A stretch of 64,000 bases of DNA from Macrostomum hystrix (taxonomy: Eukaryota; Animalia; Platyhelminthes). The notes beneath the pieces are model-generated. The model worked only from the letters and a program-made list of their open reading frames with translations, was not told where the DNA came from and searched no databases. The first letter of the stretch is position 1; each line of letters opens with the position of its first letter. The position numbers and the translations under genes are program-made. Shown one piece after another: positions 22,441-34,916 of the stretch. Location: positions 27,156,001-27,220,000 of the forward strand of contig CATNEN010000001.1 in NCBI GenBank assembly GCA_950097015.1, in the 5' to 3' direction.

Positions 22441-23352
22441 GAGTTGGATGCCCATTTACTGCATCCCAAATTGGATGCAGTAAAAGCAAATAGGACAAAA
22501 AGGGATCATTTATTTTGCCTAAATATATATTGCTTGGATATTTTAAAAATAAAATTATGCAGTTCGCGAAGAACTGCATTAGTGTAAATTTTCAAAGTGA
22601 AAGTTATTACGGAAGTCGATAAGTGTAATTGTTTTTACACTTACACTGGATGATGAAGACACTCTGTGACATTTTGAGTCGTGTAGCTCCACGTAGCTGC
22701 TAACAATGATTATCTATTCATCTACATCATCATGTCATAATAAAAATTTTATAGGACATTTAATATTCTGCATGTTAATATTCGTCAATTTCTTATGATT
22801 TATGAATTATGATGTTCTAATGGTTAAAACTGCAAGCTACTAAAAGTCAAAGCTCAAAATTCAAAAGTCAAAGTCAAAGCCAAACACATAATTTATGTTT
22901 TCATTCACTTGTTTCTGCGTAGTTGTGGAACTTTCCCTTCTTCATAGTATTTTCACTTCTTCGTACTGTGTGCAAAATTTAGCAACACTATTTCCCTTTA
23001 AATACTTGTTTGATTAATTAAATTTGTTGCTATCACAGCCTTCATTGTGTGGTGCTGATTCTATATTTTTTCAATGGGGCTACTTGTGCAATGCTATGCA
23101 TTTAAGTCAGACCATCTATTAGGCAGGCTTAAAATAAATCGAATTAAATAGGTCTGTGATTCACAACAGATCGTCGGAGCGGTGCTCATCCCTGTCTCTT
23201 GAGCCCTGCCCTGAGCCAGTAAGGAGGCTGCAGTCTTTGGAGTCCTGGATTCAGGGCCAGTGTAACTTACCCCATGAGTGTAACTCACCCGTACAGGGCC
23301 AGTGTAACTCAGAGCCCCCAGTAACTAGACTGGTACATAAACCTAAACATGT

Positions 23353-23467
23353 GCCAGGGTGGCGCAGCCCTGTGGTTAGGACGCTGGGCTCGCGATCGGG
23401 AGTTTGTGAGCTCGACTCCCGATAGCAGCGATGCACTATCCAGGGTTCACTTAGCCTTTCATACTTC
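23353..23467 (+). mobile_element. Truncated tRNA-derived SINE (MetaSINE-like core start)
   Basis: A box TGGCGCAGC..TGG, B-box-like GCTCGACTCC, then CACTTAGCCTTTCAT. Confidence 0.55.
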
Positions 23468-23989
23468 AAGCCTTCAAAGACAAAGAGAATTTTAGCTACA
23501 AAGAAGATAGGCTCAAAGGCATTAGGTTTACTGAGAATTATAAATCACGGGCCAAGAATTTGAAATAATAAAATTTAAAGGTCCTCTGACTTAAAGTTCT
23601 TAATGAGATAAACATGCAAAACAAAAAATATGCAGCTCGCCTGCTGGGGTCCAGAAAACGGGGGTATGATTAATATAATGCTGGAACATTGTTCCTTTGT
23701 CTTGCTGTGCTTCACTGTCGTTTCAACTTTATGTAGATATGTCACCTCTCTTTCCAGCTATGACAAAGAGCTTCTGTAGTGGTAGCATTTCCTCTGATTC
23801 GGAGTCAACTCAACTGACAACGATTCCAACTACGAAACTTCCATGGGCGAGTACGGCTTTTTAAGTTCCTCGAATTCTCTTGAGCCTGCGGCTTCAGTCC
23901 TCTGCACGAGGCAAGCGCTGCATCTGATGATGGTAACGAGGCTGGTGCCCAGGCAGTCAACGAGAATCAGGAGGCTAGAACCGATGATC

Positions 23990-26230
23990 TGATCGGCTTT
24001 CATTTGGAGTCTGATGAGAGCAACTTCCTCATCTTCGTGTTCAAAGGCGAGAGTCTGAATTTGGACACTATTTGCGCGCTGCTAAAACTATGGATGATAG
24101 TTTCCGCTATTTCGGAAAAAGCTCTGGACCGACTGCTGCACTTCATCCCGCTTGTTGCTCCTAGCGGAACGTTTTCCGCTTCCTATGATGCACTGATTTC
24201 TAATCTGCGTCGTTCATTTGTTGTGAGAAAGGACTTTGTGATCAAATTGTGCGCAGTTTGTTTGGTGCTAAAAAACTGTTCTGACCATTCTTCCGACCTA
24301 TTTGAAGGTATTTGGCTCCTAAATGTTGGTCAACAGATTGAGCTACTCATCGATAAACATTTTAAGGACATTTTTGCGTACCAGAATGTACTCAGCTAAT
24401 GTTTGAGAACCGATGTGCTGAATTCCGCGGTCACATCTGAATTGGATGCACTGGCAACTCCTCAAACGTTGCACTTGGATTTTCTTTATTGCGCGGATAG
24501 CGCAAACTTTTTTAATGCTGCAAACATGTCCATTTGGCCGTTTTTTGCTGTTTGTCTGAATTTGCCTGTTCAGATGCGGCAACATTTTGTCAACATCATT
24601 ACCATCGCACTATTTGCCAGTCGTGGAAAACGAAATTTTGAAACCTTCCTGCCAATAGTTTTCTTTTTTACCTGCATCACTTCTGCATTATTCCCTGTGA
24701 CCTGTGACTTACCAGCTCTATCTTATTTGTTTGGCATTAAACAGTTCAATGGTTGATTTTCCTGTCCAAATTGTGTGTTGACCAAAGAGAAAGACCATTA
24801 AAAGTCTCGGAAAGGGTTTCGATCACGATATTCCCAACAGTCGAAGGCATTGAATTGCGGAGTCACGCTTTACACCTGCATCATTTGCATGCTTTAAAAA
24901 CTCAAGGACTTCCATAATTCTTTGGAATCAAACGCACCGCGTTCTACTTCGGATTGTTAATTTCCAGACAATTTTATTATTGACTCCATGCACTGCTTGT
25001 GGGAAGGGCAGACAAAGCACATTCTTACCTACTTGACTGACCCTAAGAACCGCAGATCTCCATTTGTGCTTCGAGCTGCCTCGATTAAGGCAGTCTATTC
25101 TCAGCTCAAGTGTCTGAAGTTGCCCCAAGGCATTGGCAGTTAGCAAGCTGTCACTCTGGAAAGCAAAAAACTAAAAGGTTTTCGCGCCTTACCTGCTGCC
25201 TGTTGTTTTTCTACCCAGAGTTGACGATCACAAATTTAGAAGCTTGTTGCTTCTCTTGCATTTGATTTGTGTATTGCTTTCATACATGCGCAACACCCGG
25301 CCGACCCGGCCGAACCGGCCGGGTTAAACGAGGGCCAAGCAAGGTAAGTCGCAAAAACCAATCGACCAAGCGCAAAAAAATCAAAGGGGGGACCAAGGGA
25401 CAAAAAAGGAAGGCGTGAAGAAAAGGAAAAAAGGGAGAGAAAAAGAGAGCAAATGAGAGCAAACTAAGTCGTAAATAGAGCAATGAAACGAACTAAGTCG
25501 CAAATGAGAGTAAAAACTAAGTCGCAAGGCCGGCTAAGATTTAGGAGGTTGCGCATATATGATTGCTTTATTCCTCGAACTCTTGCGTTGCTACCTTAAA
25601 GAGGCTATGCGAAATGTTTTTGCCACTTTGCCCTAAGTTTCCACGAGTGCTGCTATCAAACTTTCACTTACTAAGCCACCTGCCAGATTAATAAGAATGC
25701 ATTGGACCATTGTTTTCTGTGTCGATTTTCCCTTTCAAGTCCGCCATGCATTCGTTTAACCAATTGCATTTTGGCAGTCGCGCACATGGCAAGCAAAGTT
25801 GCGAAAATGTTCTATGGATGAAGCTACTTTTGTATTCGTTGGAAGCAGCAACAGAGTAAAATGTTCAAATTTTTTATGCCCTCTCTGCCATTGCAGGTGA
25901 ATATGTCACTTCTGCAAAGGGCCGTATGAGTAATAGAACCAGGGCTGGAAAACTTTTGAGTACTGTCCGTAACGACGACCTACTGCATATGTGCATCTTG
26001 TTTTGTCTCACAATTTCTGGTTCTTTTTTTGCTATCACCGATTTTGCCGATAGCAAGATAATTGGTCCGTCTCTTTTCATGCATTGCCATCTGATAGACG
26101 TATTGTTTAATGTACAGATGTGCCAGAATCTTGTCCAAGTCAATTCGGACCAGTGTGAACTTCTCGACTTTGCTCGATCTGATATCCCACTCAGCAATGT
26201 TCTCAGCAATGTTATTTGTTCATTATAAAT
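23990..26230 (+). pseudogene. Second, older EnSpm/CACTA-type transposase relic
   Basis: AD...F..ANMSIWP, NLP..MR, TCDLPA, KQFNG..SCPNC, IDSMHCLWEG, H.LSHLPD, HGPL; many stops. Confidence 0.72.
25281..25561. mobile_element. MITE (hAT/P-type), 8-bp TSD
   Basis: TIR CATACATGCGCAAC / GTTGCGCATATATG; TSD ATTGCTTT at 25273-25280 and 25562-25569. Confidence 0.85.
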
Positions 26231-27367
26231 GCATCACTTCTGCATTATTCCCTTCTAGGGTTTGCTCCTTTGCTTGGAACTAAATTGTTTGTTTTTGCAG
26301 AAAATCTGCATAGTTTTAAGGTTCAAAATATAATTTACTTAGAATGTTGTACAACTTACAAACCAATTACTACTCACCCTACTTTCCAGCTCGAGGTCAA
26401 CTGAAATTTTAGCCTGAAATCTAGTCTAGCAATATTTTCATCAAAAAGAAACACATTTTCTATCATAGTTAGTCATGCATAACAAGCATGTTAAAGTGTT
26501 GTGTCTAATCTGCTCAAACTGGTCTGGCCAATCTTATTAACTATGGAAGCATTTTGAAACAGAGAAAACCACTGTATAAGAAGACAGAATCAGGGCCATG
26601 ATTTATTTCTGAAAAGCAAATTCAAAAACAAAACCCTTGGCTCTCTGTCTTATCTGTAGGGCTTTAGTTTTATCTTGTATAAATTCCATGGCTCGGAATA
26701 CCATAATAATACCAGTGCAAATTATTGTTTGGCTGTCAAGCAACTCTTTTTTAGGCTTATGTGCTTTTTATTCATGATACTAATACTCATACTAGCCTGG
26801 GCAACATTTTGAACCATAATTGGCTTCAAAATCATATCCAATTACAAGGCCTCTTGTAATTGCTATCCAGATTGATAATGGTGCATAAAGCAATATGAAT
26901 CAAACTTTAATAATATTAAAAGGATCCGTCCCCAATAAAAGCAAATAGGCCTAGTCAAGTCTAAGCCTTTAAAGCTCAAAAGTAATTCTATCTGCACCTT
27001 TTTCATTTGACTCAAAATAATTTTAACCTTCAGCCCAATGCCTAGGTTCTATAGAAGCCTCACCTATATTATCTTACCTGTCTTATCACTGACCTATCTT
27101 ATCTCACATTTCTCATCTCTGAACTGTCTTATGACTGACCTATCTTATCTCACATTTCTCATCTCTGAACTGTCTTATCTCTTGTCTAGCAATGCACCTT
27201 GTGTTGACAATAAGGCACATTTGTATCACTTGTCTAATTTGCAACTTGTGGAATAGAAGAGGTCTAGGAATGACTGCCCACTATTGGCATCATCATCCCA
27301 AGAGCAAATCACTGCCAATATCAAATTTTGTCCCTTGGAGCATAGGCTACAAAGGGACAAAATTAAA

Positions 27368-27771
27368 TGGCAATCTTGCAGTTCAGCACATTTAATTATT
27401 TTTAATTTCAATTGTATTTCATTTAATTTAATGAATCATTTAGTCAATTTCATAACTTCAGAATAACTTCAGTTTGACAACTCAAACTCAAGTTGCCACT
27501 TGGCAAACTTTGACAGCCTATGGAATTGTGCAACTTGGACACTACAATGCGGAAGATCTTCGGGAATCTTCTATTCTGGGTGGCTTACTACTACCCCGTG
27601 TAATTGGTGCAGCTTTGTTAGTCTCTGACTCTGACTCTGAGGTTTCCAGCATGTGTCTGACTGTCTCTTGTTGTTTCCTGTTGCATTGTATTGCATTCTG
27701 TTGTCGTTATGTTGCCGTCTAAAACAATTTAAATTAAAAATAATTAACCGTGCGGAACTGCAAGATTGCCA
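27368..27771. mobile_element. MITE-like element with ~47-bp inverted repeats
   Basis: TGGCAATCTTGCAGTTC...AATTGT is mirrored at 27723-27771. No clear TSD. Confidence 0.55.
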
Positions 27772-28718
27772 GGGATCCAAACATCTATCCTTGTTCATAC
27801 TGCATTGACTTAACTATCTTTCTTGAGAAACACCTAATTTCCTACAACTGGTTAATGGATACATAAAGAAGATTCAAGTCCCAACTGATGATTTGAATGC
27901 TGCTAGGCCTAATATAGCAGCAAACCTGTTTCTTTGAAACCTACATGATTAAGCTGTCAATGGTGATTTTGCTATTCCTATAAGTTCTATGGCCATTATA
28001 AGTATAATATCAAACAATTAATTGATCTTAATGAGGGATTTCTACACTAATATGTAGACTGTTAACCTAAACTCCTTGCTTTTTGTTCAATCTCTATAGC
28101 TTAGTTATATTTGTTTGTTGCTGACAGTTGCCTTTTATGCACACCTTTAACAATGTTTCTATGCCGATGCATGCTTGCCATGTCTACCACACGAATTGGA
28201 TCAGACATTAATAGGGGTCCATGAGACTTGCCCGCAGGCGAACTGCCCGCCGAGATTTGCCCGCAGGAGATTTGCCCGTCGAGATTTGCCCGCCGAGGTT
28301 TGCCCGCAGAGATGTGCCCGCAGTGCATTCTGCCCGCAGGAGATTTGCCCGTCGAGATTTGCCCGTCGAGATTTGCCCGTCGAGATTTGCCTGTCGAGAT
28401 TTTCCCGCAGAGATTTTCCCGTCGAGATTTTCCCGCAGAGATTTGCCCGCAGAGATTTGCCCGCAGAGATTTGCCCGCAGAGATTTGCCCGCAGAGATTT
28501 TCCCGCAATGCAGTTTTAATCTTGCAAAAATCGACTTATACTTATCGAAATTATTTACCTGCCAGATTTCAACCGTGTGAATCTGAAACTCTTACTGCCG
28601 CAAATGCATAAGATATTTCTTTGGCATTTCGCAGACACCTCAAATTTCCTTTCTGCTAAATTACTGTAGCCTGTTCTATAATCTTTTGTAGCAGCAATTT
28701 TTTGCTGGTGCCTGGTGG

Positions 28719-28926
28719 TAGGGATGGTAAAATCCCGGCTAGTTTCCAATCCCAGGATTGTCGGGTTCGGGATATTCCTGTCCAACTCCCATAAAATCCC
28801 CAGCATTTTCAGTCCCAGCAAATCCCGAAAAATTGAAATCCCGCTGAATGGTGGGCAATTTTAAGTCCTGAGATTGGAATTCCAGGTGTTTGCTCTCAAA
28901 TCCCGGTCCCGGTATTGGAATCTCTA
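28719..28926. mobile_element. hAT-type MITE inserted at the inner edge of the left MULE TIR
   Basis: TAGGGATG...AATCTCTA ends, ATCCC/GGGAT subterminal motifs, flanked by CCTGGTGG / GCTGGTGG. Confidence 0.7.
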
Positions 28927-29644
28927 GCTGGTGGAGCGCTGTCTGTTTCAAATTCACATGTCAGCCGCCTGGATTTTATCACCTCGATCTGCTCAACCAC
29001 CGAACGACAAATCCAGTAAATAAGCCATGGGGTCCTATATGGTGCATGTCGGGGACCCCACGACATTTTATAATCTGGCCCTTACATAGAGTATGAGTAT
29101 GCAGAGCATTTTCTAAAAACATCGCCTTGTGCATGTGGCGACGGGCAGCTGGCTTATCTATATAACAAATTTAATGAAATTTAAAGACCTGCTTATTAAC
29201 TCCTCGCTAAAGATCCAGAAAGCAGTGTAAACAAAGTCTGATGTGATTCTTTCTCGCTAATTCTATCCTGGACCCCTATATCTCAATTCCCAGTCTTCGA
29301 TAAAATGTCCATAAAATCTGTCTGGATTTCATTCTCTCTGGGTCTGGGTCTGGGTCTGGGTCTCTCATTCTCTCTTCTCTTTCTGATTGGCTGCAGGCAC
29401 CCCACCCCTTTAGCCTCCTTCTTGTCTTGCGTGCCCCTCATTCCTTTGATCGCGCCTCCTAACCCAACCCCTCTCTTTGCCCACCCCTCCTTTCTCTCAA
29501 CCCCTTGTTATCTCCTATAATATATAAATACACTGCCCTTCCTTACTGCTTAGTGTATTCAACTTTAGTCTGGTCAAGTTAGACTGCGACAACTCTACAT
29601 ATATAAAGTGAATTTCAAGACAACGTTAATAACAAGCAGACCAC

Positions 29645-31087
29645 ATGGAAGCAGCTCCTCCCATCGCTGTGCGCTTTAGTGCAACAATTCGTGGGAAGCG
29701 CAAAGCAGCCTGCGAAGGCTACTACTTTACACTTGAAAGAACTAGCCTGGTCGACGAAGAGGTGTCATTTTGGCAGTGTGAAGAACGGCGCTTGGGATCA
29801 TGTCCTGCTCGAATCCACATCCGGAATGGCTTTAAAGTGCGACAGCTGAATGACCACAATCACGGACCTGACGGCTCTCGATTCCAAGTTCTTGAGGCTC
29901 TTCGGGAGATTAAATCGGATGCCAGGAACACCGTGAATTCGACGGCAAATATCGTCATGGAACACACAAATGGGCTGTCTGAGTGTGCAGGCATAGCCCT
30001 TCCATCTCAAAGTGCATTAAAGCGGCAAGTTCAAGATGTTCGTCAAACGCACCAAGGTCTTCCAGTACAGCCGCTCAACCGAGCCGAGCTCATTATACCT
30101 GAAGAATTTCAATTCAACAACGGAGCACTGTTTCTGCTGCATGACTCCGGACAGGACAACAATCGAATTTTAATCTTCGGTAGCAAGGATAACATTCAAG
30201 CCCTGCAATTGGCGACAGATTTCTTCTCGGACGGCACATTCGATGCCTCGCCGCCACTGTTCGCTCAACTGGTGACAGTGCATGCCGAACTTCAAGGCTT
30301 CATAAGACCACTCATCTACGCATTGCTACCCAACAAGACCGAAGCAACGTACTGTCGATTTTACGAGGCTCTGCATCAATTGGCGCCGAACATGAGGCTA
30401 CTTCGCTGGATGTCAGATTTTGAGCGAGCTAACATGAATGCTGTTCAGCATGTCTTTGGCATCGAGTCAACAGGCTGTCTATTTCACCTCGTTCAGTGCG
30501 TGTACAGAAGAGCAGTTGCTGAGGGATTAAAGCGTCAGATTGAAGAAGAAGATGGCGAGATGTCCGTCTGGCTGCGTTGCCTTTCTGCTTTGGCCTTTGT
30601 GCCTATTAATAGTGTTCCAGCAGCATTTGATGAGTTAATAATGCTGCCTGACTTTCCTGCGGAGATGGCTTCAACAGCAGACTATTTTGAAGCCCAGTGG
30701 GTCGGCCATCGACTTCCTGGCGGAGGAAGACGGCAGCCTCGATTCTCACCTTCAATTTGGAATGTTCGTGAGCGAACTTTGAATGGACTTCATCGCACGA
30801 ACAACGCAGTTGAAGCCTGGCATAGGAGGTTCCAGTCAATTCTGGGTTGCAGCAATCCGAATGTTTTTCGGCTCATGAAGGACCTCAAAAAGGAAGTCGA
30901 ACACCAGGCACTGCTGATGCAGCGAGCCAACGCTGGTGAAGCACCGAAGGAGCGGAAGAGATACGTGCAGAGCAACGCGATGCTTCTTCGCGTCACGCAG
31001 CGTTGGAACGTCGAAGGTGGCGGTCTGCCTGCTGACTTTCCTTTGCGTTCCTACCTGAGGGGCATCGCTCACCATTTAAAGAAGTGA
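29645..31087 (+). CDS. FLYWCH zinc finger + MULE DDE transposase (intact, 480 aa)
   Basis: FWQC...CPAR...HNH; SDGTF; YALLPNKTEATY; MSDFE; GCLFH; RTNNAVEAWH. Confidence 0.93.
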   Translation: MEAAPPIAVRFSATIRGKRKAACEGYYFTLERTSLVDEEVSFWQCEERRLGSCPARIHIRNGFKVRQLNDHNHGPDGSRFQVLEALREIKSDARNTVNSTANIVMEHTNGLSECAGIALPSQSALKRQVQDVRQTHQGLPVQPLNRAELIIPEEFQFNNGALFLLHDSGQDNNRILIFGSKDNIQALQLATDFFSDGTFDASPPLFAQLVTVHAELQGFIRPLIYALLPNKTEATYCRFYEALHQLAPNMRLLRWMSDFERANMNAVQHVFGIESTGCLFHLVQCVYRRAVAEGLKRQIEEEDGEMSVWLRCLSALAFVPINSVPAAFDELIMLPDFPAEMASTADYFEAQWVGHRLPGGGRRQPRFSPSIWNVRERTLNGLHRTNNAVEAWHRRFQSILGCSNPNVFRLMKDLKKEVEHQALLMQRANAGEAPKERKRYVQSNAMLLRVTQRWNVEGGGLPADFPLRSYLRGIAHHLKK

Positions 31088-33366
31088 TCTGATTGACAAC
31101 GGTAGCTATCCTTACAATTTTGGTTTCTTGCTGCACTACATACACTAAGAAGCAATAAATTTAATATTCTGTGCTCTAGTTTCATTGTGGCCTATATAAT
31201 AATAGCTCCCGCTTCCATGGGATTCGCAAAGGCATTCACTTTGTGCACTTTAAACCCTCGTATTTAGCACTGCGGTTGCTTCTAGTTTCTGAAATTTGGT
31301 TAGGTCAGAGAAGTTCAGTGAACCCACAGTCTTCTGCCTACATAACAACTCACCCCTCCTCCCCATTCCCTTCCCTTCCTCTTGTAGGTTGCCATTGTAA
31401 CTGTATCACTGAATGCTTTTGTTGCCATGTACTCCGTCATCCACCTGTTCCTGTCTTGCGATGCACAGTAAATGTTAACAATTGGTCAATCATTTTCATA
31501 TTGTTTTCATTATTGCTCAATAAAAAGTTATCGTTAAGCGAATGCAAAGTAAAAAATGCAGTAGAGTACAAAGTTGTTTTAAGTAATTGAACCCAAGGAC
31601 TTGATTGAAAGGGAATGAATAGGGAAGGATCAAATGGATGTGCTGGCGCTGCACATCGGAAGATTTGCTCCTTTGGGGTGCTAAATTCCGTTAATGTGTG
31701 AGCTAAGTAGAGTGAAAATTGCTAATTTACCTACTGCAATTCATTTTCGCTTGTATTATGCATGCATAGTGATTGTACAATCGCTGTTGAACCTGTTAAT
31801 TCGCAATTAATGCCAATGATACCTACAGCCTCACCATCTTTTGACTTGCGACGCTTAAATACCTTGTTCTACTTTTTGCCAAGTGAATGTACAAAAATAG
31901 CTATTGTATTGTGCGGTTCTGTCAAGGGAAAAATAAAGTCATTACCTTATTAAAATATGCGACAAGCTATGTGAGCTGCTCCACCAGCAAAAAATTGCTG
32001 CTACAAAAGATTATAGAACAGGCTACAGTAATTTAGCAGAAAGGAAATTTGAGGTGTCTGCGGAATGCCAAAGAAATATCTTATGCATTTGCGGCAGTAA
32101 GAGTTTCAGATTCACACGGTTGAAATCTGGCAGGTAAATAATTTCGATAAGTATAAGTCGATTTTTGCAAGATTAAAACTGCATTGCGGGAAAATCTCTG
32201 CGGGCAAATCTCGACGGGAAAATCTCTGCGGGCAAATCTCGACGGGAAAATCTCGACGGGAAAATCTCTGCGGGCAAATCTCGACGGGCAAATCTCGACG
32301 GGCAAATCTCCTGCGGGCAGAATGCACTGCGGGCACATCTCTGCGGGCAAACCTCGGCGAGCAAATCTCGACGGGCAAATCTCCTGCGGGCAAATCTCGG
32401 CGGGCAGTTCGCCTGCGGGCAAGTCTCGTGCTCCCCATTAATAGAACTGCCATGGCATTCAAATCAACAAGTACAATTACTCTACCATAAACATGTCACA
32501 TAGCTCCATGCACAACTAGTAAATTGAAAACTATCACAAGTTTAATTTTTCACTACTTAAAATATAGTCTTAATTTTTCATAAAATAATTAAACAAGCAA
32601 ATGCAAAACTAGACAATTACCTATAATAATTTTTTTCAACTTTTTTAGTGTGACTGACTGGTAGTAATGAGTTTTGCCATTTAATTTGCAACATAATTAA
32701 ATATATTATATTTTTATGAGTAATAATGCATTCTTTGTAGGCCCCATAGTCCGGATCACCCCTTGCTAACCCTATTGGCGTATATTGGCATACAACCAAA
32801 AAATTGGGCCCTACCTATTGGCGTGAGTGGCGTACACGCTGTTCCTTTTGCAACTTGCAATGTAATGTACATAAACATTAGTATTTTTTGGAATTTGCAC
32901 AATAATTAAAAAAATGGAATTTATGTTAGAAATACATTCACTTTAACAAAATACGAGGGCTGTCCCAAAAGTAGTGTTACTTTTGATTATATCTTTTGAT
33001 CTGATGGTTCAAATAACGTGATTTTACACAGTCTTATAGCGGCAAGTCTCTTCTTTATATTAATTCAAATCTTTTTTCTAACAGACTAGGGAAATAGAAG
33101 TTATCAACGAAAAACTAACAGGACCTCAAACATAGACTTACAGTAAATCAACATGCTACGAAAGTGCTTTCGACTGAGGTCACTCTTTCAACCAAAATTT
33201 CTCAATTTCTCAATCCGCGACAAAGATATGTCTCTGGAAAAATCATAATGAAGTTATAATTTGAAAGTTGTCTCTGGAAAAGATGGAATGAAATCTTCAT
33301 ATCTCTCACTGGGACTTGGCTTCAGTACGAGCATTTTTGTTCTCATTTCTTGCTGTGCTAAAGATC

Positions 33367-34613
33367 ATGGATGTGCATTCAAGTTTTGCCCAGAGGAGTG
33401 TGATTTACACCCTTTGGAAGACGGGGCACAGTGCAGCCGAGATTCATGGGCAACTTTCATCAGCTCATGGGTCTTGCGCGGTCAGTAAAATGACCATCTA
33501 TCGTTGGATAGAACAGTTTCGAGCGGGAAGGACGGACCTTGCTGATCAGCTCAGGACAGGTCGCCCTCATGTTCGAGACTCTATCGTCCTGGCTGACACT
33601 ATCCTGGATCTTCTTGATGAGGACGCACGAATGACGATCAGAGAGATTGCTGACAGGCTGAATACTCCGCGATCAACGGTTCATCGTAGTCTCACCAGCA
33701 TGGATTATGTGAAGCTGAGTGCTCGCTGGATTCCACGCCTTCTGACACCAGACCTGAAAGAGCAGCGGCAGCGAGTGTGCCAGGAGAATCTGGAGCTCGT
33801 CAGGCAACATGGTGGATGGGAAACGTTTCGGCAAATTGTTGTTACTGGTGACGAGACGTGGGTGCCTCACTTCGATCCCCCCACCAAACAGGAGTCCAAG
33901 GTTTGGACAATCAGGGGTTCAGACCCCCTGTTGTGGCTGCTAGCCAAATAAGCGAGGCGAGGCCAAGTCCAGTTAACCAAGGGTGAGGGTGCTCTCTCGC
34001 GTAGCGAGAGCCGTGTATATATATTATTGAACCTCACATGTACAATGATTACATAAGTACACTATGAGCAAATGTGCATTCACAACACCCCCCTGTTAAG
34101 GCACGTCGAGAGCCTCACTGCAAAAAGGTGCTTCTGACTTTGTTCTTCGACAGAAATGGACCACTTACAATCAAATTTCTTGAGCCAGGGAAGAGCATCA
34201 ATGCCGAGTGCTATATTGCTTCCCTTGAAAAATTGAAGTTCGAAATCTGGAACAAGCGTCGGGTTGGAATCAAGCCCTTTCTTCTCCACCACGACAACGC
34301 CAGACCCCATACTGCACAGAAGACCTCCGAGGCTGTCAGCAGACTCAAGTTTAATATTTTGCCTCATCCACCGTATTCGCCTGATCTGGCGCCAGCAGAT
34401 TTCGCCTTATTTCCACTAATGAAGTCACATCTGCGAGGTAAAGTTCATGAGAACCGTGACAACCTCGAACAGGCAGTGCGGAATGTCCTGCTCCACAAAA
34501 TTCCACGCGAGAGTTATGCCAACGCTATTGACGGTTTGTTCAGTCGGTGGCAAAAATGCCTTCAGCTCGGCGGTGACTACGTTGAGAAGTCAAGCATTCC
34601 CACCGACGAGTGA
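33367..34613 (+). pseudogene. Mariner transposase interrupted by a solo LTR
   Basis: WIPRLLT, TGDETW, HDNARPH, YSPDLAPADF (34 residues between D2 and D3). Removing the insert and one TSD copy restores a 360-aa ORF. Confidence 0.9.
33929..34087. mobile_element. 159-bp solo LTR
   Basis: TGTTG...CAACA termini; 5-bp TSD CCCCC. Confidence 0.85.
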
Positions 34614-34916
34614 AGAGGAGCGTTTCAATTGCTACGAGAAAACTTCATATTTGCAACCACTTAACTGTTGGTCATTTTTGCTTGCTTGTTGATTTACTGT
34701 AAGTCTATGTTTGAGGTCCTGTTAGTTTTTCGTTGATAACTTCTATTTCCCTAGTCTGTTAGAAAAAAGATTTGAATTAATATAAAGAAGAGACTTGCCG
34801 CTATAAGACTGTGTAAAATCACGTTATTTGAACCATCAGAACAAAAGATATAATCAAAAGTAACACTACTTTTGGGACAGCCCTCGTATATTCCCATCTA
34901 TTGCTCTATTGAATAA

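Larger units (their letters stand above)
28215..32435 (+). mobile_element. Autonomous Mutator-like (MULE) transposon with ~500-bp repeat-containing TIRs
   Basis: 9-bp TSD CATTAATAG (28206-28214, 32436-32444). TIRs at 28215-~28710 and ~31975-32435 contain 14-bp GAGATTTGCCCGCA/TC arrays. Confidence 0.93.
32954..34886 (+). mobile_element. Mariner (DD34D) element with ~200-bp TIRs
   Basis: TA TSD. TIR CGAGGGCTGTCCCAAAAG... runs to about 33152 and is mirrored from about 34687. Confidence 0.93.

Noticed and set aside
23353-23425. tRNA genes (also about 42400, 46230 and 52980)
   Set aside because: Only A/B-box-like heads without full cloverleafs, followed by SINE bodies.
28101-28611. RRFARRDLP-type ORFs (also 32081-32462, and repeat ORFs at 34925-35750)
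   Set aside because: Translations of transposon TIR repeats.
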